DNA of 64,000 nucleotides from Macrostomum hystrix (lineage: Eukaryota > Animalia > Platyhelminthes). The notes beneath the pieces are model-generated. The model was given only the letters and a program-made list of their open reading frames with translations. It did not search any database and was not told the DNA's origin. The position numbers were made by a program, and so were the translations under genes. Of this stretch, positions 11,861 to 26,800 are shown one piece after another. Every line of letters begins with the position of its first letter. Positions within the stretch are counted from its first letter, which is position 1. The stretch is from NCBI GenBank assembly GCA_950097015.1, contig CATNEN010000003.1, positions 8,556,001 to 8,620,000 on the forward strand. The letters are read 5' to 3'.

Positions 11861-14800
11861 ATGACAAGAATTTTGATGACTAAGTCCCTTATTCTGCTGC
11901 TAATTTTGCCGCAGATTCTCAATGAAGTGCTGTCGCTTCAATCGCCAGGTAAGGTACAATGGCTGAAGTGCTAAATTATTTTCTGATTTCATTAAGGCAC
12001 GATCTTTGCTTGAGCACTACTGTCTATATGGTCAATAACAGAGAATATGAGCACGCATATTATTTAAGAAAAAATCCTGTTGCATTTACTTCCTTAATTA
12101 TCTAACTAACCCCGATTGTCAGATGTTTAAATACAGTTTTATCAAGGATCTATTGATATACTAGGGATTTGGGATAGTGCCAACAAGGATTTGGGATAGT
12201 GCCAACAAGGATTTGGGATAGTGCCAACAAGGATTTGTGATAGTGCCAACAAGGATTTGGGATAGTGCCAACAAGGATTTGGGATAGTGCCAACAAGGAT
12301 TTGGGATAGTGCCAACAAGGATTTGGGATATAGTGCCAACAAGGATTTGGGATAGTGCCAACAAGGATTTGGGATAGTGCCAACAAGGATTTGGGATAGT
12401 GCCTACAAGGATTTGGGATAGTGCCAACAAGGATTTGAGATAGTGCCTACAAGGATTTGGGATAGTGTCAACAAGGATTTGGGATAGTGCCAACAAGGAT
12501 TTGGGATATAGTGCCAACAAGGATTTGGGATAGTGCCAACAAGGATTTGAGATAGTGCCTACAAGGATTTGGGATAGTGCCAACAAGGATTTGGGATAGT
12601 GCCAACAAGGATTTGAGATAGTGCCTACAAGGATTTGGGATAGTGTCAACAAGGATTTGGGATAGTGCCAACAAGGATTTGGGATATAGTGCCAACAAGG
12701 ATTTGGGATAGTGCCAACAAGGATTTGGGATAGTGCCTACAAGGATTTGGGATAGTGCCAACAAGGATTTGGGATAGTGTCAACAAGGATTTGGGATAGT
12801 GCCAACAAGGATTTGGGATATAGTGCCAACAAGGATTTGGGATAGTGCCAACAAGGATTTGGGATAGTGCCAACAAGGATTTGGGATAGTGCCTACAAGG
12901 ATTTGTTTGGGATAGTGCCTACAAGGATTTGGGATAGTGCCAACAAGGATTTGGGATAGTGCCTACAAGGATTTGGGATAGTGCCAACAAGGATTTGGGA
13001 TAGTGCCTACAAGGATTTGTTTGGGATAGTGCCTACAAGGATTTGGGATAGTGCCAACAAGGATTTGGGATAGTGCCTACAAGGATTTGGGATAGTGCCT
13101 ACAAGGATTTGGGATAGTGTCAACAAGGATTTGGGATAGTGCCAACAAGGATTTGGGATAGTGTCAACAAGGATTTGGGATAGAGCCACCAAGGATTTGG
13201 GATAGAGCCACCAAGGATTTAAGGTAGAGCCACCAAGGATTTGCGGTAGAGCCACCAAGGATTTAAGGTAGAGCCACCAAGGATTTAAGGTAGAGCCACC
13301 AAGGATTTAAGGTAGAGCCACCAAGGATTTGAGGTAGACCCACCAAGAATTTGAGGTAGAGCCACCAAGGATTTGAGGTAGAGCCACCAAGGATTTGCGG
13401 TAGAGCCACCAAGGATTTAAGGTAGAGCCACCAAGGATTTGAGGTAGACCCACCAAGAATTTGAGGTAGAGCCACCAAGGATTTGAGGTAGAGCCACCAA
13501 GGATTTGAGGTAGAGCCACCAAGGATTTGCGGTAGAGCCACCAAGGATTTGAGGTAGAGCCACCAAGGATTTGCGGTAGAGCCACCAAGGATTTGCGGTA
13601 GAGCCACCAAGGATTTGCGGTAGAGCCACCAAGGATTTGAGGTAGAGCCACCAAGGATTTGCGGTAGAGCCACCAAGGATTTGAGGTAGAGCCACCAAGG
13701 ATTTGCGGTAGAGCCACCAAGGATTTGCGGTAGAGCCACCAAGGATTTGCGGTAGAGCTACCAAGGATTTGAGGTAGAGCCACCAAGGATTTGCGGTAGA
13801 GCCACCAAGGATTTGCGATAGAGCCACCAAGGATTTGCGGTAGAGCCACCAAGGATTTGAGGTAGAGCCACCAAGGATTTGAGGTAGAGCCACCAAGGAT
13901 TTGCGGTAGAGCCACCAAGGATTTGCGGTAGAGCCACCAAGGATTTGCGGTAGAGCCACCAAGGATTTGCGGTAGAGCCACCAAGGATTTGAGGTAGAGC
14001 CACCAAGGATTTGCGGTAGAGCCACCAAGGATTTGCGGTAGAGCCACCAAGGATTTGCGGTAGAGCCACCAAGGATTTGCGGTAGAGCCACCAAGGATTT
14101 GCGGTAGAGCCACCAAGGATTTGCGGTAGAGCCACCAAGGATTTGCGGTAGAGCCACCTAGGCATTTACCAAAAGCATTCGTGTTTAGTTAATTTTTAGC
14201 TCTGACGGGAATACTTCAGAGGTGTCTATTTGTCTCGCAGTAATTAGCTGCACTTTAAAATTGTAGAAATAATTTGGCAATATTGATGGCATGCGGCAAG
14301 CTAACTCGTAGCTGTATCAATTCTAGAAAATAATTATGATAATTACAAACCATAAGAGAGATTAGGCTTTCAGCGGATAGTGGGCCAAACAAATTAGCTG
14401 ATAATTTCGCATTAATCATTTTGTTTATTACTGAGGTTGTAGCCTAGTGGTTAGGGCGTCGGACTCACGACTTGAAGGTCGGGGGTTCGATTCCCGACTC
14501 CACTGGAACAATTTGCGTCCTTTAGCAAGACACTTAACTCTGCATTGCTTCAGTTCACCCAGCTGTTAAATGGGTACCAGCATCAGCTGGGATAATTGAA
14601 GGTGGGTGTGGCGTCCCCCCAGTCCATGGACTGAACAGCTGTACGCAGCCTTCAGATGCGCCGCGCATTAGCTGCGGCTGTGCTGTCGGCTGCACATCTG
14701 ACCCATTTGGGGCAGGTGTAATCAATTATTATTACTATTATTATTGTTATTACTAAAGTTAAAAGTTTTATTTTATTGATATAACCTTGTTTTGAATAAT

Positions 14801-17800
14801 GGCATCGTATTTCTAGTATCTTATAGTCTTCTTTGTTTACTTAATACGTGGATAAAACAATTTTTATTGGTGTTATTTTAACGGACGTGAAATATAGTAA
14901 ATGATTATGAAACCAAATAAGCGAAGCTAAATACTTTTTTAACGGAGGTTAAACCTATTTTAACGAAGCTATAATATTTTAACGGAGGTTAAACCTATTT
15001 TAACGAAGCTATAATATTTTAACGGAGGTTAAACCTATTTTAACGAAGCTATAATATTTTTACGGAGGTAAGATCAATTTTAGCGGAGATAAAATCTATT
15101 CTAACGGAGGTAACATCTATTCTAACGGAGATGAAAAATATCTTAACGGAGTTTAAATCAATTTTAACGGATGTAAAATCTATTTTTACTGATTTAAAAG
15201 CTATTTTAATGGAGCTAAGATCTATTTTAGAGGAGATTAATCTACTCGTTTTTTAGCGAAGGTGAGAATTAATTGGTGGTGAAACCTTTTTTAACGAAGT
15301 CTGAACTTATTTAACCAATGTAACGGAGGTGAAACCTAGTTAGTGGAGAGGAAGCCTATTTTAACGTAGGTTTTTAACGTAGGTGAAATCTCCGCTTAGG
15401 TGGGCTTGGTTCTACCCATTTGATTACGTAATTCAAAGGTCTTGTAATAGTTTATTTGAGGTAGTGTTGAACTTAACTTATGAATAGTTCACAACGAGAT
15501 TCTCAGTGTACTCAGAGAGGCTAAGAGAAAAATTTCTGAGCAGCTTTTAGAACGGAAATTTGTTCCTATTCGTGTTGAGAAGACGAATGACGAGCACTAT
15601 AGTAAATTGTCAGCAAAAGTGCATGACTTCTAGATTCGTCCAGCCATTCTTATTTTCCTATTTTTTTCTTCTTCGGCCGTTGACCTACGAGCGTATCTAT
15701 GATCAGTGAAGCACGGCAGCAGAGCTCGTTTCTAACAAATGCGCTTATATACCGATATATTTATTGATACCGAAGGAAAGAGAAATGTTGGGAAAAGTAA
15801 AAATAGGAACACTGGGTGTTATCCGCATGCGTGCTTCTGCAGCTGGGCTCACCTAGTGTATAGTAGAGGTTCGATTTGGCCTTCCAGATATTATAGGATA
15901 TTGTATAAGATTCGATAGATTAAATCAAGACTATGATAAACTGTGCTTAGAAAGTGCACTTAAAGAGATCAAGATAAAGAAGAAAATAAATAATAAATGC
16001 TGTTTGAATAGATACCAGTCCTGAATGCTGTCACCTCGAAGCCCTCTTGATGACTACACCCCATACTGTCACCTCAAAGCCCTCTCGATGACTACACCCC
16101 ATAATGTCACCTCAAACCCCTCTTGATGACTACACCCCATACTGTCACCTCAAACCCCTCTTGATTACTAAACCCCATACTGTCACCTCAAACCCCTCTT
16201 GATTACTAAACCCCATACTGTCACCTCAAACCCCTCTTGATTACTAAACCCCATACTGACACCTCAAACCCCTCTTGATGACTACACCCCATACTGTCAC
16301 CTCAAACCCCTCTCGATGACTACACCCCATAATGTCACCTCAAACCCCTCTTGATTACTAAACCCCATACTGTCACCTCAAACCCCTCTTGATTACTAAA
16401 CCCCATTATGACACCTCAAACCCCTCTTGATGACTACACCCCATACTGTCACCTCAAACCCCTCTTGATTACTAAACCCCATACTGACACCTCAAACCCC
16501 TCTTGATTACTAAACCCCATACTGTCACCTCAAACCCCTCTTGATTACTAAACCCCATTATGACACCTCAAACCCCTCTTGATGACTACACCCCATACTG
16601 TCACCTCAAACCCCTCTTGATGACTTACACCCCATACTGTCACCTCAAAGCCCTCTTGATGACTAAACCCCATGCTGTCACCTCAAACCCCTCTTGATGA
16701 CTTACACCCCATACTGTCACCTCAAAGCCCTCTTGATGACTTACACCCCATACTGTCACCTCAAAGCCCTCTTGATGACTACACCCCATACTGTCACCTC
16801 AAAGCCCTCTTGATGACTAAACCCCATGCTGTCACCTCAAAGCCCTCTTGATGACTTACACCCCATACTGTCACCTCAAAGCCCTCTTGATGACTTACAC
16901 CCCATACTGTCACCTCAAAGCCCTCTTGATGACTACACCCCATGCTGTCACCTCAAAGTAAACCCCTCTTGATGACTTACACCCCATACTGACACCTCAA
17001 ACCCCTCTTGATGACTTACACCCCATTCTGTCACATCAAACCCCTCTTGATGACTACACCCCATGCAGTCACCTCAAACCCCTCTAGATGACTAAACCCC
17101 ATACTGTCACCTCAAACCCCTCTTGATGACTAAACCCCATACTGTCACCTCAAAGCCCTCTCGATGACTACACCCCATAATGTCACCTCAAACCCCTCTT
17201 GATGACTACACCCCATACTGTCACCTCAAACCCCTCTTGATTACTAAACCCCATACTGTCACCTCAAACCCCTCTTGATTACTAAACCCCATACTGTCAC
17301 CTCAAACCCCTCTTGATGACTTACACCCCATACTGTCACCTCAAACCCCTCTTGATTACTAAACCCCATACTGACACCTCAAACCCCTCTTGATGACTAC
17401 ACCCCATACTGTCACCTCAAACCCCTCTCGATGACTACACCCCATAATGTCACCTCAAACCCCTCTTGATTACTAAACCCCATACTGTCACCTCAAACCC
17501 CTCTTGATTACTAAACCCCATTATGACACCTCAAACCCCTCTTGATGACTACACCCCATACTGTCACCTCAAACCCCTCTTGATTACTAAACCCCATACT
17601 GCCACCTCAAACCCCTCTTGATTACTAAACCCCATACTGACACCTCAAACCCCTCTTGATTACTAAACCCCATGCTGTCACCTCAAACCCCTCTTGACGA
17701 CTACACCCCATACTGTCACCTCAAACCCCTCTTGATGACTACACCCCAAACTGTCACCTCAAAGCCCTCTTGATGACTACACCCCATACTGTCACCTCAA

Positions 17801-20800
17801 ACCCCTCTTGATGACTACACCCCATACTGTCACCTCAAACCCCTCTTGATTACTAAACCCCATACTGACACCTCAAACCCCTCTTGATGACTACACCCCA
17901 TACTGTCACCTCAAACCCCTCTTGATTACTAAACCCCATACTCACACCTCAAACCCCTCTTGATGACTTACACCCCATACTGTCACCTCAAACCCCTCTT
18001 GATGACTACACCCCATACTGACACCTCAAACCCCTCTTGATGACTACACCCCATACTGACACCTCAAACCCCTCTTGATGACTACACCCCATACTGACAC
18101 CTCAAACCCCTCTTGATGACTACACCCCATACTGACACCTCAAACCCCTCTTGATTACTAAACCCCATACTGTCACCTCAAACCCCTCTTGATGACTACA
18201 CCCCATGCTGTCACCTCAAAGCCCTCTTGATGACTACACCCCATGCTGTCACCTCAAAGCCCTCTTGATGACTACACCCCATACTGTCACCTCAAACCCC
18301 TCTTGATGACTTACACCCCATACTGTCACCTCAAAGCCCTCTTGATGACTACACCCCATACTGTCACCTCAAACCCCTCTTGATGACTACACCCCATACT
18401 GTCACCTCAAACCCCTCTTGATGACTACACCCCATACTGTCACCTCAAACCCCTCTTGATGACTAAACCCCATTGTCACCTCAAACCCCTCTTGACGACT
18501 AAACCCCATGCTGTCACCTCAAACCCCTCTTGATGACTAAACCCCATTGTCACCTCAAACCCCTCTTGATGACTAAACCCCATACTGTCACCTCAAACCC
18601 CTCTTGATGACTAAACCCCATTGTCACCTCAAACCCCTCTTGATGACTAAACCCCATACTGTCACCTCAAAGCCCTCTTGATGACTAAACCCCATACTGT
18701 CACCTCAAACCCCTTACTAAACCCCATGCTGTCACATCGAACCCCTCTTGATGACTTACATCCCATGCTGTCACCTCGAAGCCCTCTTGATGACTTACCC
18801 CATACTGTCACCTCAAACCCCTCACTAAACCCCATGCTGTCACATCGAACTCCTCTTGATGACTACACCTCATACTGTCACATCGAACCCCTCTTGATGA
18901 CTTGAACCCCATGTTGCCACTGTGAACGCTTCTCGGTGACATTTTGAAAGCCCATTTTGACACGTAGAGTACGCTCGTATTCTTATCTATATTTTCATGC
19001 TGATCCCTTTGGCTTGCAGGCATACAAAATCATCAGCCCGACCTTACTTTGGACTTCGACGTTCGCGTCGTCGACAAGCCGCTACGTCAGCCTCAGCAGC
19101 CGCGTCGGCCCGGCAGTGAAACTACGCGCCTCTTGGGTCGCAGCACTCGACAGGCGATCTTCGGCGATCCCAATAGCGGCCTAGTCAGATCGGCCGAAAT
19201 ACAACGCCGCTGTGAAATGGCTGGCTACAACTGCACCAATGGCGGTCACTGTGACGCTTATATTCACATGGATCCGACCAGCCTGGCGTGCATGTGCCCG
19301 ATAGGCTTTACCGGGGAGAGGTGCGAAACAGGTGAGCCGAATGACAATTGGCACATAATGATCTGGTTTTGAAGTCACTCGCATGGTTCAATCCAAGTCA
19401 TTCTCGATCTCGTATCGATCCAGTCATTCTCGATCTCGTATCGATCCAGTCATTCTCGATCTCGTATCGATCCAGTCATTCTCGATCTCGTATCGATCCA
19501 GTCATTCTCGATCTCGTATCGATCCAGTCATTCTTGATCTCGTATCGATCCAGTCATTCTCGATCTCGTATCGATCAAGTCATTCTCGATCTCGTATCGA
19601 CCCAATCATTCTCGATCTCGTATCGATCAAATCATTCTCGATCTCGTATAGATCAAATCATTCTCGATCTCGTATCGATCAAATCATTCTCGATCTCGTA
19701 TCGATCAAATCATTCTCGATCTCGTATCGATCAAATCATTCTCGATCTCGTATCGATCAAATCATTCTCGATCTCGTATCGATCAAATCATTCTCGATCT
19801 CGTATCGATCAAATCATTCTCGATCTCGTATCGATCAAATCATTCTCGATCTCGTATCGATCCAGTCATTCTCGATCTCGTATCGATCTAGCTTGAACTA
19901 AACGTCAGTAAAAGTTTCCGTTTAGATAAAAAATCAACTTTAGGAATTTGGTCTTCCATCGACATTAGCTTATGCACAATGGTAGTTAAAGTGTTTCCGT
20001 TTCACAGCTGAAATCTCTAGCAAAAAGTGTATATTTTACTGTCAGAACGCAGATTTACTTTTGATATCATGCGACTTTTGACACAATGCTTCAGTCATGT
20101 GACGTGCTTCAGCATTATTGCGCAGCACGCACATTCGTCTGTCTATAGTAACGCACTGATGTTGAGCAAGAAACAACGCTTGAAGATGGCCTATTGAGTT
20201 CTTGATCGCTTCATCAAATATTGAAGTGTATGCGATGGCAGCTGGCTAGCTCCGTGTGTGTTTGGTTTTGTGTATCGACGTGTGCCCTGCGTGTGTATGC
20301 GCGTGGCCATTGGAAAGGCTTCAAAAAGAATTACGTATCAAAGCCAGGCAGTCAGTTGCCACCTACGTCCCCTCCCGGTCAACGGGTCCGACCTCGACAG
20401 GGTTCCAGTGCTGTCTAGCCCGATTATCCAATTCCACCAATGCATGCCGGCCATCCTATCCAAAATGCAATCCCCACAATGTCCCGTAGTGTATTAAACA
20501 TTAATCAAATGATTGATTTCGCCCTGGACCAGAGACTTGACTTTATTATAGCATTCTTTCATGCTGAAAGTTTGTCGATAGAAACATGCTTGTGGTGTCT
20601 ATTTGGGGCTTTTGTCAAGTGACAAGGATATAAGTTTGAATTAACAGCAAAAATCAATTGTTATACAATTTGTATCGTTGATTTCCGGATTTTAACCCCG
20701 ATATTTTATAAAGAGGGCGGAACTGTCAAAATTTCATACTAAACCTCGATATCCCTTTAAGCTCAAATTTCTGCTCAGTGTTTAGCAGTTTTTTCTCAAC

Positions 20801-23800
20801 CCACCGAGTTACTGCTCAATCCAAGTCGATGGACGAAGTTCTCACTTTGTGCCCGTATTATTAGTGAAGGCCCACTGATTTTTCGTGATTGATCGACGCA
20901 CAAAAAGAACTGAAAGGAATTAGGCTTGAAAATTATTCCCAGTTCGAACAGGCTTCACTTAAGAAGCCACATTTTGACAAATCACGAACCAATATTTATA
21001 AAGAAATTCGAGTCTCACTTTCAAAGATGTTAGGAAAATTAAAACAAAAATCTAAGCACACACAAACAGTGAGTAGAAACTGTTTGAGAAGCATTTGGCT
21101 AATTGTACCCCTCTTCGTTAGCATTTTTTGTTAATCCCAGGGATAGTAACCAGACACCAGCCTCTCGTGAGCAGCTCAGCGCATCAAATTCTTCTGAAAT
21201 GCAGACAATATCATCTTATCTGCAGCTCGGCGCTGTTTAGCCGACGCCTAGATATAGATGGAGTTTCGGATTAGCCTAGTAACGTGCTGTCAAGTTTCAA
21301 GGTCGCAAAGTTATCCCTGGACTCCCCTGAGAATGCATTATATATTAGCCTAAGCTCGCTGCTCTCGGTGACATGCCCGAGCGTTATACGAGTATAATAG
21401 ATGCGTCTCGTTAGTGTTTCATTTTTTTTGTTTTTTTTGTTTTTGATATTTTTGTAGCTTTTAGTTTGCGTCCACTGAATTCATCTTGATAATGCTCAGT
21501 TTGTGATGGATTATATTAGTGTCATCGTGCGATTTGCTCATAACAGCATTCTGTCATTCAGAATAATCGTTAATTTATCACACTGTCGCTTAGTGAAATC
21601 ACTAATCACTAAGTGAAATACTGTTCTTCTGATCGAATATTATTAAACGCGAAGTCCCTAATTTATGCTAGCTCACACACTATACAAATAGCTCATTATA
21701 TATCACATAGCTAATGTCGGGTAAGTAGCTATTTTTGAACCTATGCTTATAAGAATATTTGACAAATTAGATTTGAGAAAGTCATAGCTTCAGACAAGCC
21801 GCAGTGTCCAGGTTATTAGGCCTGTATTAATCTCTGCAATCCTGAAATGACACTGAATAGCGCGGTACTCATGTTTAAAAAAAACTCAACCAGAGATTGA
21901 TGACTCAAGCGCTTGTGTAAAACCTGACCCAATCTTACTCAGCTCTCCCGTATGAAGGCCAGAATGACTAGTAAAAGAGCCATTGGAGATTAAGCAAACA
22001 TCAATCCTAGTCGCTAGAGTAAACTTCTCAGTGACTCTGTCCTATACAACCACACCAAACAAGTGAGACTGCATCACGCAATGGATTCGGACACTGACTC
22101 TGCTATCAGTGCATCAGATGGACAATACGGGTCGGCTTCTTCGATAAATATTTGTCGCCACCGGTTTAGTGATAGTTAAGTGATAGGAGCTCAGTGTCAC
22201 AGGTGGGTGCAGGTAGAAACTGATCGAAAGATTGACATATACACTTTCATTTATTGCTCATCTGATGTGAGCCTATACTTTAACATGATTATTAACTTCA
22301 ACTTTGTTGATTCTAGTAAAGTGGACTTTACACTGACCTGACACCTAGGATATATATGTACTCACAAAACCTGATCCTGCAATCATACCTGTATTGTTGA
22401 AGTAGCTTCGCAGTTGAAATGCGACACTGCGATCGCTAAAAGCATTTAGAAATCTTTCTTTTTTCTAGCAAGTAAAAAAATCCGATATTATCAACCCAAC
22501 TGATGCATAGAGTACTTACAGTGAGTTCGCTGAAACTTAGCAAGACTCAAATACTGCTGTAATAGTGGGATCTCAGTCTTTGGGAAGAAAATTTGTGAGC
22601 TCTACTCTGCTCCCAATAGTTTTCGTGACAAGATTTGAAAGCTGGCGTACTTTTAAAGAGTCTGTGTTCGAATAAGAATAAGAATAATGACTGTGGGCAA
22701 TGGGACATCATTTGGTGACACTAGATCCGCAGCCAGCGAGCAGGCAATTCTGCCCATTTCGCTGACTCCTGAGCACACAAGCGCACAGATACTGTACGCA
22801 GGCATACGCTCTTTGACTTACTTGACTTAGCTGCAGGGTGGTCCATGGACGCAGCGGGGAGGCGAGGGTCGCCCATACCGCTAACCCCTGTAGGCCCGCA
22901 GACAGGCAAGGGCGCGGGGCCGGTCAGGGTGGTCCGCCGGTCCGTCCTGCAGCGTTGTCTTCCGTGGGGAAGAAAGTGGCTCGTCTTGTTGCACGAAGGA
23001 ACTGGACGAGCCGTGGAATGCTGTCGGGCTGGCAGATCTCGTCCATGGACGGGTTGGGCCCGAGGTAGCGAAGCCGGTCTCTGTTAAAGAAAGGGCAGTG
23101 ACACACAAAGTGCTCAGCATCTTCGGTGTCATACTCACAGAATGGGCAGAGTTCACTCTCAAGGTCACCCCGGAGGAAACAGTGCCTAGCGAGGTAGCCG
23201 TGGCCCGTGAGGGTCATGGCGAGGGCGCGGATATCCTTCCGGTTTTGGTTCAAAAGGATGCTCCTGAGCCTGCGAGACGGGCGCGGAACTGCGGCACGGG
23301 ATTGCCGACAGTTCTGAGTGCCCGCCCATCTGTCCCTGTGCAGGGATTCAGCCCAGTCATCAATAAGGCGATTGATGACCGTGATGGGGATCGGGACCAG
23401 GGGAGCAGGTCCCAGGAGAGAGCCTGAGCCACCTTGCTTGGCAAGGGTATCCGCAAGCTCGTTCCCTGGGAAGCCCGCATGCCCTGGGATCCAGCTCAGC
23501 TTGACCGTGTTGTTACTGGCCAGGAGGTTGAGTTGCCGGGCACAGTCAGCGACTGTCCGGGAGCACGTGGTGGTGCGGCAAAGGGCTTGTAAGGCCGCTT
23601 GGCTGTCAGAGTGGATGATGATGGTCTCTCCTCTCGTATTCCTGGCATTCAGCTCTGCGGCACAAGAGCTGATGGCAAGGATCTCATTCTGGAAGACCGT
23701 GGAGAGTCTCCCAGTATGTTGGGCATGCGTGGCGACGACGCGGCCGTTGATCAGGATGCAGACCCCAAAGCCGGCAAGGCCGTCTTTTAGGGATCCGTCC

Positions 23801-26800
23801 GTGTAGCAGTGGACCTCCTGGTGGTTCCAGTGGTCGTTAGCGTCATCCCTCGAGGGAATGATGATTTTGTAGCGCTGGGTGAGATTGAGAGTGCGTGGTT
23901 CGCCGTCAGATAAGACGTGGAGTCCGCCGCCATCTTTCAAGTCACGAAGGCACAGATCGGTGTGAGGCAGAAGTTTGCGTTTTGCCATTGCTCTTTGCGG
24001 CGTGAAGCGGACGCCGGCGTCAATGAGCCGACGCGCTGTTTTGGCGGCTTCCCTGCGGACAAAAATGTCCAGCGGGGTAGCGTCGAGGAAGGCATTGAGG
24101 CCGTCGTAAGGAGCAGACGGTGGGGCACTCATGGTCATGCGACAAGCGCGCCCTTGCGTTTTCCTAAGTGCCTCCAGGCAGGTCTTCATCTGCAGGGCAC
24201 TGGCCCAGATCAAGCTGCCGTACGAGACAGCTGGCCTGACCATTGCAGTATAGATCCACCAGAGGCGCTTGGGGGTGAGCCCCCAGGTGGTGCCAACGGC
24301 CCTCCGCAGCTGCGCGAGGATCGCGAGGGCCCTCTTGGTTTTGGTTTGAACATGGGGAGACCAGTTCAGCCTATGGTCCAAGGTGATCCCTAGGCATTTG
24401 GTTTGCTTACAGAAGGAAATTTCCTTACCGTAAAGCCTAAGCGGCTGTATCTGCCACTTGTTTCTGCTGGTGAACATGATCACTGCAGTCTTGGTCTCGG
24501 AGAGCTTCAGACCACAGCGACCCGCCCATTGTTCAGCAGAGTGGATGAAATTCTGAAGGAGGTCCCTGAGAGTGTCAGGGGATGGGCCAGACGCCACAGC
24601 AGTGACATCGTCCGCATACCCCACCTTCAGGATTGGGTCAGGACGGTCGTCACGGAGGAGCTCGTCAATGACCATGTTCCAGAGAATAGGAGAGAGGACC
24701 CCTCCCTGCGGGCTCCCTTTGCGGACGGGGACCGTCCGTTGGTGGCCCAGCAGGTTGGCAGTGACCGTGCGATGACTGATCATATACATGATCCATCTGG
24801 TGAGGGACGAGTGAGTGTGCCTCTCGTAAAGGGCTTTGCGGAACGCTTCGAAGAGGACGTTGTCAAAGGCACCATCAATGTCTAGGAAGACGCTTAAGGC
24901 GAAGCCGGTGCCAAGCACAGCTTTCTCCAATTTGTCGACCAGAACGTGCAGCGCGCTTTCGGTGGAGCGACCCGCCCGAAAAGCATGCTGGTTGTCGCTG
25001 AGCGGCGCGTTCTTCAGTTCCACTGAGAGAAGGCGCCACAGCACTAGTCTCTCCATCAGCTTGACCAGGAAGGTGGTTAGGCTGATTGGTCTGAAGGATT
25101 TTATAGACTGGTAGTCCGGGCGGCCTGGCTTCGGGATAAAAATCACCTTCGCCTCGGTCCATGCCTGCGGGACGTACCCGAGCGTGATGCAGGCTCGATA
25201 GAGGTTGCAAAGAGAGCGCAGGAAACCTGGGCATTTAACCGCCTCTCTAAGAAAGGCAGGTACGATGCCATCAGGCCCTGGAGCCTTGAAAGGCTTGAAG
25301 GAGGTGGCCGCTTTTACGATGCGGTCCTCCGTGATGATAGAGGCAGCCAGCATCTGGCCTCCCTCAGTGTGGTCTGAGGTGGTCAGGTTGGTTGGTTCGT
25401 TGGGGAAGAAGGCAGAGAGCATGACCTCAAGCGTTTCTCCTGGGTTGTCAGTTGACGTGCCGTCGGTTCGCTTAACCGAGGAGAGCTTGGACATTTTGTC
25501 TAGCGTAAGTGCTTTGACAATTCTGGAGGTGGGGCGTGAGCCCTCTAGCTCCTCGCAGTATTGGCGCCACTTCTGGGCCTTGGCAGTCCTGATCTCCCTC
25601 TTGAACTCATGGATGGCTTCAAGGTAGGCGGTCTGGTCTGCAGGGCTCCTGGTTTTGTTCGCTCTGCGGTGTAATCTCTTCGCTCTGCGACGGAGGTCGC
25701 CGAGCTGAGGATTCCACCACGGCGCAGATGTCTTCCCTTTGTAGGCTTTTAGGGGACAGGCAGCCTCGAAGGCGGCGGTTAGCGTTTCTGTTAAAACAGT
25801 CGCGCACTCGTCCGCCTCTCGGCACGTCGAAATAGTGGGTGGTTGGCCCGAAGACCGATGGGTCGTCTCCAAGGCATGCCTGAAGGCTTCCCAATCAGTA
25901 TTTCTGGCGTTCCGTCTCCACGTGATGTGGTTTAGGCTGCGAGCGCTCGCCACACGAAAGTGAATGAACTTATGGTCAGAGAGGGACGGCACCGGGAGCA
26001 CGCGCCACACCCCAATACTCTGAAAGAGCTTGGGTGAAGCGAGCGTGGCGTCAATCACCTCTGACCAGCGTCCATTGTCGAAAGTAGGCGTAGACCCAGA
26101 GTTACAGAACTCCAGGGTCGTAGAGGTAACATAGGACAGGAGGTCTTCGCCTCTCTGGTTTATCCCTGTGCTGCCCCAGTGGGTATGGTGGGCGTTGATG
26201 TCGCCGGCGACCATCAGCTCATAATTCCTGGCAGAGCAGAGTTCGACCAGGGTGGTGAGCGTCCGGGGGACGACCGCTACGTCACCTGGTAGGTAAACCG
26301 AGGCAACGAGGGTGGTTCTCCCAGGCAGCAGATCCTCAGATTGAATGACGCAGATATCCCCGTTAGACAGGTCGGGTCTGAGCCAAGCACCGAGGGTTTT
26401 GGCCCCGAAGATACAGGCTCTAGGTGGCCGGTTCGCCTCGCGGGGGCTAACGCAGAAGCAGTTGTACCCAGAAGGCACGTTTTGGGGCTTACCTTTGGAG
26501 GTCCACGGCTCCTGGACTAGGATGAGACCCGGCTTGTCGAGCTCGGCTTGACGCATCAGGTTAGCCGAAGCTGCGACGCTGTGTTGCAGATTAATCTGCA
26601 GGCAGCTAATTCCTGGACTGCTGATCATGGCCGCGCAGTCGGGGAGTCGCGTAGCAATTCCTCCTCTTCCTTTTCGGAGATGGAAGGCTCGCAAAGCTCC
26701 ATGGGAATCTCGGCGTCCCCGGCGGTCAGGGTGGCTGAGGAGCCCTCAGCGGGCATTTGCCCAGCAAGAGTGTCTCCCTCGCCGTCCCTTTGCGTCGTGA

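Noticed and set aside
12142-14165. Many overlapping ORFs; likewise 19348-19901, 29844-31385, 33215-34716, 42741-43201, 52829-53195, 58837-59325 and 60856-61794
   Set aside because: Translations of stop-free tandem repeats, often open in several frames; only the parts overlapping real exons are coding.
14433-14505. tRNA-Val(CAC)-like gene
   Set aside because: Acceptor stem is imperfect and it continues into a repeated body with an (ATT)n tail, so it is a SINE head.
22838-22860. GTCCATGGAC shared between the LINE 3' UTR and SINE A, suggesting a SINE-LINE partnership
   Set aside because: Only a 10-bp palindrome; positions relative to the tails and the tail repeats differ.
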